From: an uncultured Marinilabiliaceae bacterium
Lineage (GTDB): Bacteria > Bacteroidota > Bacteroidia > Bacteroidales > VadinHA17
Length of the DNA stretch: 64,000 bases
Direction of reading: 5' to 3'
NCBI GenBank assembly: GCA_942491535.1
Contig: CALOBV010000007.1
Coordinates: 2,583-66,582 of the forward strand
How positions within the stretch are numbered: the first letter of the stretch is position 1; every line of letters starts with the position of its first letter. The translations under genes were made by a program, and so were the position numbers. Of the stretch, positions 18,776-26,261 are shown piece by piece. The notes under the pieces were generated by a model. The model worked only from the letters and a program-made list of their open reading frames with translations. It made no database searches and was not told the DNA's origin.

Positions 18776-18777
18776 AA

Positions 18778-18849
18778 GCGGGAGTAGCTCAGGGGTAGAG
18801 CATCAGCTTCCCAAGCTGAGGGTCGGGGGTTCGAATCCCCTTTCCCGCT
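18778..18849 (+). tRNA. tRNA-Gly (anticodon CCC)
   Basis: Manual cloverleaf: acceptor GCGGGAG/TTCCCGC, D arm GCTC-AGGGGTA-GAGC, anticodon arm TCAGC-TTCCCAA-GCTGA (CCC), variable loop GGGTC, T arm GGGGG-TTCGAAT-CCCCT. No CCA is encoded. Confidence 0.9.
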
Positions 18850-18868
18850 CAAATATTCTGTTTTAATC

Positions 18869-18920
18869 GTTAAGGCAATTGTTAAGTTGTTGAATTGTTA
18901 AGTTGTTGAGTTGTTGAGCT
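18869..18920. repeat. 8-mer tandem array GTTRARTT x6 downstream of the tRNA
   Basis: GTTAAGGCAATT GTTAAGTT GTTGAATT GTTAAGTT GTTGAGTT GTTGAGCT. Confidence 0.8.
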
Positions 18921-18948
18921 GTTTTGCTCACAACTCACCTTCCTATCA

Positions 18949-19977
18949 CTACCATTCAGTGGGCCACTCTCCTATTCCATCCTTAAAGAACTGAAGGTGC
19001 TCATAATATGGTTTAGCCTTATCTTCGATAGCAAGCAGTTCGTCAGCACTCAGAGGTTTAAATTCCTGAGCGATCTTCATATTTTCTTCTAGCTCAGCGA
19101 TTTCGTCTATTCCAATGATTATTGTACTAACCGGCAGTGTCATAACATAATCCATTGCCTCTTTCATTGTAATAATACCACCCATATCAAAGATTCTGTC
19201 GCGTGCAGGTATTTTCATTCCAACGATACCTATTCCCTGTTCAACAGCGGTAGGCAGGAATTTTTCTATAAATGAGTTATAGTGTTTATCTGCTGCGTTA
19301 ATAGCAACCAGAACATTATCAAATTCGTATCTTTCGGCCATCATATTCAGTACTTCAGGGTCTTCATGACCAGTGAATCCGATATTTTTTACAATTCCTT
19401 CTGCTTTGGCTCTTTCCATAGCCTTCAGTACTCCACCTTCCTGGAAGAAAGTATCGATTATATCTTTTTCCCTGGCTTTTACATTATGCACCTGCCACAG
19501 GTCAAGGTGATCTGTCTGAAGATTTTTAAGACTTTGCTCCAGGAGTCTCATTGATCCGTCGTAAGTACGATCGTGAGTCTTGGAAGAAAGGAACACCTCA
19601 TTTCTTCTGGTCTTCATTACCTGTCCGACATTTCTTTCGCTTGTACCCATTGCTTCACTTCTCGGAATAGTATCTGTTGCTCTACCGTATGCGGCAGCAG
19701 TATCGATATAGTTTATTCCCAGGTCGATTGCTTTATTAACAATTTCAACCGCCAGTTCTTCCTTACCTGGTGTTTCGACACTAGCCTGTGCTCCAAGGCT
19801 ATAGATCCCAACCATATGACCTGTTTTGCCCAGCGGACGCAGAGGCATTCTGGCTACTTTTTCAGTACCTTTACAACCAGCGATAAGGCCCATTGGGCTG
19901 ACAACAGTTGTTACAGCAGCAGCAGCAGCCATCTTCTTTAGAAATTCTCTTCTTGAGTTAGATGAAGTCTTGTCCAT
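18949..19977 (-). CDS. Tat-exported aldo/keto reductase
   Basis: Twin-arginine signal SRREFLKKMAAAAAVTTVV from M68 of the track ORF, followed by an AKR fold (GINYIDTAAAYG, HLDLWQVHN). The 67 upstream codons are translated repeat array, so the start is set at 19977. Confidence 0.82.
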   Translation of the reverse strand: MDKTSSNSRREFLKKMAAAAAVTTVVSPMGLIAGCKGTEKVARMPLRPLGKTGHMVGIYSLGAQASVETPGKEELAVEIVNKAIDLGINYIDTAAAYGRATDTIPRSEAMGTSERNVGQVMKTRRNEVFLSSKTHDRTYDGSMRLLEQSLKNLQTDHLDLWQVHNVKAREKDIIDTFFQEGGVLKAMERAKAEGIVKNIGFTGHEDPEVLNMMAERYEFDNVLVAINAADKHYNSFIEKFLPTAVEQGIGIVGMKIPARDRIFDMGGIITMKEAMDYVMTLPVSTIIIGIDEIAELEENMKIAQEFKPLSADELLAIEDKAKPYYEHLQFFKDGIGEWPTEW

Positions 19978-20013
19978 AGTTATAGTGTTATATGTTTGTT
20001 TGCAATATAATAA

Positions 20014-20157
20014 AGTGCCTAAAGTGCCTAAAGTGCCTAAAGTGCCTAAAGTGCCTAAAGTACTTAGAGTGCCTAAAGTACTTAGAGTGCCTAGAGTGCC
20101 TAGAGTGCCTAGAGTGCCTAGAGTACGTAAAGTGTCAAGAGTGTCTGGAGCGCAAAG
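20014..20157. repeat. 9-mer tandem array x16 (AGTGCCTAA / AGTGCCTAG / AGTACTTAG variants)
   Basis: Phased by hand from 20014. The last four units are degenerate. A short CTTAGCT heptamer run follows at 20171-20207. Confidence 0.9.
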
Positions 20158-20185
20158 TTTAGATTTAACCCTTACCACTTACCCC

Positions 20186-21430
20186 TTAGCTCTTAGCTCT
20201 TAGCTCTTCCAGGGCATTGAGCCTGTCAAGAAGAGGAGGGTGAGAGTAGTAAATTGAAACAAAAGCCGGATGGGGATTCAGATTCGACAGGTTTTTAACT
20301 GAAAGTTTAGTAAGTGCGGAAGAAAGTTCTTTTACACTGTATACTTCAGCACTGAAACCATCGGCAGCAAATTCCTGTTTCCTTGATATATAATTCATTA
20401 TTATACTAAGAACCAGTGATACAGGGCTATATATAAGAATAAAAGCCAGCAGGCTAATGTGAAATGAAGTCTGTTCGGCGCCCAATGCCAGTGCAAGTCC
20501 CTGTCTGCCTGAGAGTAACGAAAATATGTACAGCATAAGTCCTGTTTGTATTATCCCGCAAAACAATATTACAGCATTGTGTTTCTTTTTGTAATGGCCT
20601 ATTTCATGAGCCAGGACGGCTGCTATCTGATTAACACTTAAATCATTTGACAGAGTATCGAAAAGAACAATTCTTTTTCTGGAGCCCAGGCCTGAAAAAT
20701 ATGCATTGGCCTTGGAGCTCCTTTTGGAACCGTCAATAGTGTAAATATTTGCAAGGTTAAATCCTGCTTTATCTGCCATTTTTTCTATTGCATCTCTAAG
20801 CTCTCCCTCTTCAAGTGGTTTTTGTTTGTTAAAAAGAGGAACAATAAGTTCTGAATAGAACATATTCATAAATAATGAAAAGAGAGTTATGACACCCCAG
20901 ATGAGAATCCAGAAATTTGGTCCGGTTTCATTAAATATCCAGGCTATTAATGCCAGGAGTGGTGCACCTATTACAGCTGCAAGAATCCATCCTTTAAGGT
21001 GATCAAAAATAAATGTGCGAGGGGTAGTTCTATTGAAACCGTATTTCTCTTCTATCACAAATGTTCCATACAGGTTAAATGGCATATGCCCTATGTCGGT
21101 AGCCAGACCAATAATCCCGAAAAAAAGGATACTGATAAGTAATTCGTTTCCTGATATTGACCTTGCAATGGAATCGACCCATGCGAATCCGGCAAGAAAA
21201 ATCAGCACCACCACAACCACCAGGTTTATTGTTGATGCAATATTGCTGATATTTTTGTTCTCCCGGTAGTAATTCTGACTGCGGCTGTATTCTTTCTGAT
21301 CAATAATGTCTTTAAGTTTATCGGGAACCTTGTCAGTCCACATCTTTCCATTGAAGTAATCAAGTATCAGCCCAAATATATGACCAATAATCAAAATGGA
21401 AATAATCAGGAAGAAATAAACATTATACAT
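20186..21430 (-). CDS. M48 family zinc metallopeptidase (Ste24/CAAX-protease-like)
   Basis: HEIGHYKKKH zinc motif, polytopic N-terminal half, 414 aa. Confidence 0.85.
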   Translation of the reverse strand: MYNVYFFLIISILIIGHIFGLILDYFNGKMWTDKVPDKLKDIIDQKEYSRSQNYYRENKNISNIASTINLVVVVVLIFLAGFAWVDSIARSISGNELLISILFFGIIGLATDIGHMPFNLYGTFVIEEKYGFNRTTPRTFIFDHLKGWILAAVIGAPLLALIAWIFNETGPNFWILIWGVITLFSLFMNMFYSELIVPLFNKQKPLEEGELRDAIEKMADKAGFNLANIYTIDGSKRSSKANAYFSGLGSRKRIVLFDTLSNDLSVNQIAAVLAHEIGHYKKKHNAVILFCGIIQTGLMLYIFSLLSGRQGLALALGAEQTSFHISLLAFILIYSPVSLVLSIIMNYISRKQEFAADGFSAEVYSVKELSSALTKLSVKNLSNLNPHPAFVSIYYSHPPLLDRLNALEELRAKS

Positions 21431-21587
21431 AGTTGCGGGGATGACATAAAAAAAACAGAGCGCCGAGGATTTGAAGAAAAATGTGGAATAAAATGTCTCG
21501 CTGCATTCCTCGTGCTGTATGCGCTCTGTTGGACTTACAATATCGGAAAAATAACTTTAATACCAAATGATTTTATAATTTTTAACA

Positions 21588-22334
21588 CTAGGTAAGCATG
21601 CCTCCACATACCTGTATTACCTGCCCTGTAATATATGAAGAAAGGTCTGAAGCGAGGAAGAGAGCGGTATCGGCTACATCATTTGGAGTACCACCGCGTT
21701 TTAAAGGTATCTTATCAGTCCATTCAGCCTTGACCTTATCGGGGAGCTTATCAGTCATTTCCGTGATAATAAATCCCGGTGCAATAGCATTAACCCTTAT
21801 ATTCCTGGATCCAACCTCTTTTGCAACACTCTTTGTAAAACCAATCATTCCTGCTTTTGAAGCTGAATAATTGCTCTGACCTGCATTACCAGACACTCCT
21901 ACCACCGAGCTCATATTAATAATTGATCCTGATTTCTGGCTCATCATCGGGAGGAGTACTGCCTTTGTAAGATTAAATACTCCTTTTAGATTTATCTCCA
22001 TAACCAGATCCCATTGTTCTTCTGACATACGCATAAGCAGTGTGTCGCGTGTAATACCTGCATTATTAACAAGTATATCGATAGAACCAAAGTCCTTCTT
22101 AACTTCATCCGCTACTCTCTGTGAATCTTCGTAGTCGGCAACGTTCGACACATATCTTTTTACTTTAACGCCTCGTTTTTCGCATTCATCGCATACCTCG
22201 CAAAATTCGACATCTTCGGTAATATTGGTGAGTGCTATATTTGCTCCCTCATCTGCAAATCTAAGAGCTATTGCCCTGCCAATGCCTCTTGAGGCACCGG
22301 TAATCACAACTGTTTTTCCCTCTAGTAAACCCAT
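21588..22334 (-). CDS. fabG: 3-oxoacyl-[ACP] reductase FabG (SDR)
   Basis: TGASRGIGRAIA and YSASKAG..PG motifs. The start is set at MGLLEGKTVV (M10 of the track ORF). Confidence 0.85.
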   Translation of the reverse strand: MGLLEGKTVVITGASRGIGRAIALRFADEGANIALTNITEDVEFCEVCDECEKRGVKVKRYVSNVADYEDSQRVADEVKKDFGSIDILVNNAGITRDTLLMRMSEEQWDLVMEINLKGVFNLTKAVLLPMMSQKSGSIINMSSVVGVSGNAGQSNYSASKAGMIGFTKSVAKEVGSRNIRVNAIAPGFIITEMTDKLPDKVKAEWTDKIPLKRGGTPNDVADTALFLASDLSSYITGQVIQVCGGMLT

Positions 22335-22421
22335 AGTTGAATTTTTAATTTGTATTCGCAAAGAAAATGATCTCTTGTATAAAAGACAAGATTTATTGGT
22401 TATTTGTTCGCTGTGCTCACG

Positions 22422-22530
22422 TAATTGGTTATTGGTTAATTGTTATTGGCTCGCGAAGCTCGCGTTATTGGTTATTGGTTAATTGATATTGGCTCGCGAA
22501 GCTCGCGTTATTGGTTATTGGTTAATTGTT
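22422..22530. repeat. 43-bp tandem repeat x2.5 with embedded GC hairpin
   Basis: Copies at 22422-22464 and 22465-22507, plus a partial copy at 22508-22530 that overlaps the sucD stop. Each full copy holds TTATTGGTTATTGGTTAATTG plus CGCGA-AGC-TCGCG. Confidence 0.85.
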
Positions 22531-23394
22531 GAGTGCTTCAAAAACTGCTTTTCCGATATCGGCAGGAGATTCTACGACATCTATTCCGCATTCGCGCATT
22601 ATCTCCATTTTTGCTGCGGCAGTGTCTGCCTTACCTCCTATTATAGCTCCTGCATGCCCCATTCTCCTGCCCTTTGGGGCAGTCTGGCCTGCTATAAACC
22701 CAATTACCGGTTTCGATTTGTTATCCTTTATCCATAAAGCAGCATCGGTTTCCATGTTACCACCTATTTCTCCGATAACAATTATGGCCTCCGTATCCTT
22801 ATCTTCCATCATAAGCTTCACAGCATCAAGTGTACTGGTTCCAACAATGGGGTCGCCTCCTATCCCGATGCAGGTAGATTGACCCATTCCCAGTCTTGAT
22901 ACCTGGTCTACTGCTTCGTAGGTTAGTGTTCCCGACCTGCTAATAATTCCCACTCCGCCCTTCTTATGTATAAAACCTGGCATTATACCAACCTTGGCTT
23001 CGCCCGGTGTAATTATACCCGGACAATTTGGTCCTATCAGCCTTGCATCTTTACATGAAAGATATTCTTTAACCTTAACCATATCGCTTACCGGAATACC
23101 TTCCGTAATGGTTACAATAAGAGATATACCGGCATCTGCAGCTTCCATTATAGCATCAGCCGAAAATGCAGGAGGCACAAAAATAACAGAAACATCAGCC
23201 CCTGTTTCTTTCACAGCTTCGCTTACAGTATTAAAAACCGGCAGTCCAAGATGAGTTGAGCCACCCTTTCCTGGAGTTACACCACCTACAACCCGGGTCC
23301 CATATTCAATCATTTGTCCGGCATGGAAAGTACCTTCACTTCCTGTAAATCCCTGTACGATTACCCTTGAGTTTTTATTTAAAAGAATACTCAT
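22522..23394 (-). CDS. sucD: Succinate--CoA ligase subunit alpha
   Basis: [33 protein letters not shown] and GHAGAIIGG (phospho-His loop) in 290 aa. No adjacent sucC. Confidence 0.95.
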   Translation of the reverse strand: MSILLNKNSRVIVQGFTGSEGTFHAGQMIEYGTRVVGGVTPGKGGSTHLGLPVFNTVSEAVKETGADVSVIFVPPAFSADAIMEAADAGISLIVTITEGIPVSDMVKVKEYLSCKDARLIGPNCPGIITPGEAKVGIMPGFIHKKGGVGIISRSGTLTYEAVDQVSRLGMGQSTCIGIGGDPIVGTSTLDAVKLMMEDKDTEAIIVIGEIGGNMETDAALWIKDNKSKPVIGFIAGQTAPKGRRMGHAGAIIGGKADTAAAKMEIMRECGIDVVESPADIGKAVFEALNN

Positions 23395-23644
23395 ATTATC
23401 CTGATGTTTAAAGTTTTATAAATATATTTCAAAGTTATTTGACCAATAAATCATGGCCGTGTCAAAAACAAAAGTACATAAAAATACAGCACTATTTATT
23501 ATCTTTACAACATATGTTTTATCAGGCTGTAGGCTATAGGTGAAGAGATGGATGAACGTATATTCCGGTTTTGGTGCTTCGATTTGACATGGAGTTATGC
23601 AATGCAAAGGATTAATGCACAGAATTAACATTAAATCAAACTGA

Positions 23645-24772
23645 ATGGAAATTATTGAACCCGTAATTTATATCGGTCTGTCGCAAACCTTTTTTGCTGC
23701 CCTGTTAATAGTAACTAAGAAACCTGCCAGTATAGCAAATAAATTAATGAGTACTCTGATGTTTATGCTATTCTTCGACCTGGTATTTGTGATGGTAAAG
23801 ATTAAGATAATTGAGTTCTATTCATTTCCTTTTATTGCTTTCTCCTACGGACCAATACTCTATCTCTATGTGTTATTTATGACAAAGCCGGGTTTAAAAT
23901 TCTCTTATCTTAACTTGCTGCACTTTATTCCATTTTTAGTTTTCTTCGTTGTTTCTGTGATATTCAGGCAGGAAGAGGTCTTTACAAACCTCTCGAATTT
24001 CTTTGTACAGGACAAAATCATTTCCCTGCGAATAGTGTACGGTGCTAGTTTTTTCTTATCAATATCAGTATACAGTATCTTAGCCTTTATTGAAATTAGT
24101 AAACACCAGAAGAACCTCAAGAACCTGGTTTCATACACCTCCGGACAGTTAACCCTTAACTGGCTAAAAATTATATCCATAAGCTTTTACACATCATACA
24201 TTATATTTTTCCTCCTTGGAGGATTGAATATGATAGTTAGCTTTATACCCTTCGACCCGTATTATACCATATTCGTATTTATTGCCCTTTTTTCATTTAT
24301 ATACGGATATTACGTGATAAAGCAGCCAGATCTGCTAAATGCACTGGTATCCAACCAGGATGAATTAGCAGCAGTGGTGAAGGAACCTGTCAAAGGCTAT
24401 TTAAAAAGCGGTTTAAAGAAAGCAGAAGCACAAAAATTACTGAAAAAGCTTATAGAATATACTGAGGAACACAAGCCCTACCTCGACAGGGACCTTAATA
24501 TTAATACCCTCTCCCAGCTTACTGCAATACCACGTCATTACATTACCGAGGTACTGAACGAGTACTACGACAGGAATTTCTTTACCTTTATTAACGAATA
24601 CAGGGTAAATGAAGTTATCGAAAGGCTTACAGACCCCATAAATGATAATTACACCCTGATTGCAATAGCTTATGATTCGGGATTTAATTCCAAGTCAACA
24701 TTTAACTCCATATTTAAGTTAATTACCGGACAAACGCCTACCCAGTACAGGGGTACAATTTTGCGTAAGTAA
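23645..24772 (+). CDS. Membrane-anchored AraC-family transcriptional regulator
   Basis: About 220 aa of polytopic membrane N-terminus, then an AraC HTH (LSQLTAIPRHYITEVLN, IAIAYDSGFNSKSTFNSIFKLITGQTPTQYR). Confidence 0.85.
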   Translation: MEIIEPVIYIGLSQTFFAALLIVTKKPASIANKLMSTLMFMLFFDLVFVMVKIKIIEFYSFPFIAFSYGPILYLYVLFMTKPGLKFSYLNLLHFIPFLVFFVVSVIFRQEEVFTNLSNFFVQDKIISLRIVYGASFFLSISVYSILAFIEISKHQKNLKNLVSYTSGQLTLNWLKIISISFYTSYIIFFLLGGLNMIVSFIPFDPYYTIFVFIALFSFIYGYYVIKQPDLLNALVSNQDELAAVVKEPVKGYLKSGLKKAEAQKLLKKLIEYTEEHKPYLDRDLNINTLSQLTAIPRHYITEVLNEYYDRNFFTFINEYRVNEVIERLTDPINDNYTLIAIAYDSGFNSKSTFNSIFKLITGQTPTQYRGTILRK

Positions 24773-24780
24773 CAGTGCAA

Positions 24781-24826
24781 TCCTGACGGTCAGGACCACA
24801 ACTTGAATTATTTCTGTCCGACAGAA
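24781..24826. promoter_or_regulatory. Two related 15-bp palindromes upstream of the OMP-MMPL operon
   Basis: TCCTGAC-g-GTCAGGA (24781-24795) and TTCTGTC-c-GACAGAA (24812-24826), with centres 31 bp apart. They lie between the AraC stop (24772) and the OMP ATG (24890). Confidence 0.45.
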
Positions 24827-24889
24827 GCGGCTTGGACGATTTATTCATTTTCCTTCTTTTTATTTGTGCTATAGCATACCGGCATAAAT

Positions 24890-26260
24890 ATGAAGTTATA
24901 TATCTGTAGCATAGTCTTCCTGACATTCTCATCCACAGTTTTTACTCAGAGCTTGTTCGATACAGTTGGAAAATCCAACTATTCAGACTCTTACAGGATC
25001 AGGGGCTTTGCACAGTCCGGTTTTTTTGTAAACCATTTAGCTGATAATCCAGAACTTTCGAGCGGATTCTCCGACTTAGCCTTGCAGTTTACTGCAGAGG
25101 ACGGCTCATCATATAAGGCCTATGCGGATATTAGATTCAGATATGGATTGGAATTTGGTAATCCTGCTTCGAATTTAAGTATTAAGGAGGCATATATCAG
25201 CTGGTACAATAAATGGATGGAGATAAGTGCAGGCCAGAAAGTTATTAAATGGAGCAGGTCGGACTTCTTCCCGGTACAAAATCGGATGAATGCCCGTAAC
25301 GAACTGTACAGAACCTTTGATGACTCAGACCGGGATCTGGGGAATATAGTGCTCGGCTTAAATATTTATCCCCTTCCCAAGCTGTCGCTTGAACTATTAT
25401 ACCTGCCTTTTGAAAGGTCTTCAACACTATCAAGCGAAATAATGGATCTACCTGATATAGTAAATATTGTCAAATCTCAGGATTTGAGCCCTGGAATAAA
25501 TAATGGATCATGGGCATTTAATATGGGCTTGAATTTCAAAAATATTGATATAGGTTTTAATTGTTACCTGGGAATAAATCCCATGCCCATGATTTATTAT
25601 GATACACTGATATTGTATCTGGAGGATGGTGATCAGCCAACAGAACTTTTGCTTAATTCGGAATTATACACTATTTCAATGTTTTCAACAAATATTGAGT
25701 TTGTTCTGGGAAAAACTATATTCAGAGGAGATCTAACATACCTTAATACTGACAGGACTGGCTCATTAGCTGATTATATTCCGTTTTCAGAACTGATCTG
25801 GACCGCGGGCATTGAACCATCGCTCGGAAATTTAAGCTTACTTATAGAATACCAGGGGAAAAGTATCCCTGGATTTACCGAAGCAGAGTCAGAACCTGCC
25901 TTTACCAAAGAAATAGTTATTCCGCCAGGTATACCACCAATGATTGTTCAGGATGCTATAGCACAGCAGGTATCTTCATTTAACAGGCTTTACAATTACC
26001 AGTTAAACAAAATGAATCACTCCCTTGCATTACGATTTTCTTATAATAATACCATATCCATTGTGAATCCCGAGCTAAATATTATTTACAATATCACAAC
26101 AGACGATTTATTGATAAACCCGAAAATTATAATCAGTACCACCGATAATTTCCTGTTGATTGTGGGTTCTGATATCTATAGAGGCAGGGATAATTCATTG
26201 TACGAAATGCTTAAACCGGCACTAACAAGTGTTTATGCCGGGCTAAAGGTAAATTTTTAG
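24890..26260 (+). CDS. Putative outer-membrane beta-barrel protein (DUF1302/alginate-export-like)
   Basis: Signal peptide, alternating beta-strand pattern, IKEAYISW...ISAGQKVIKWSRSD motif and a C-terminal aromatic residue (..GLKVNF). Confidence 0.6.
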   Translation: MKLYICSIVFLTFSSTVFTQSLFDTVGKSNYSDSYRIRGFAQSGFFVNHLADNPELSSGFSDLALQFTAEDGSSYKAYADIRFRYGLEFGNPASNLSIKEAYISWYNKWMEISAGQKVIKWSRSDFFPVQNRMNARNELYRTFDDSDRDLGNIVLGLNIYPLPKLSLELLYLPFERSSTLSSEIMDLPDIVNIVKSQDLSPGINNGSWAFNMGLNFKNIDIGFNCYLGINPMPMIYYDTLILYLEDGDQPTELLLNSELYTISMFSTNIEFVLGKTIFRGDLTYLNTDRTGSLADYIPFSELIWTAGIEPSLGNLSLLIEYQGKSIPGFTEAESEPAFTKEIVIPPGIPPMIVQDAIAQQVSSFNRLYNYQLNKMNHSLALRFSYNNTISIVNPELNIIYNITTDDLLINPKIIISTTDNFLLIVGSDIYRGRDNSLYEMLKPALTSVYAGLKVNF

Positions 26261-26261
26261 T

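Noticed and set aside
19978-20178. 67-codon N-terminal extension of the aldo/keto reductase ORF (..TLGTLGTLGTLSTLGT..)
   Set aside because: It is a translation of the 9-mer tandem array. The Tat signal SRREFLK begins right after M68, so the shorter start is far more plausible.
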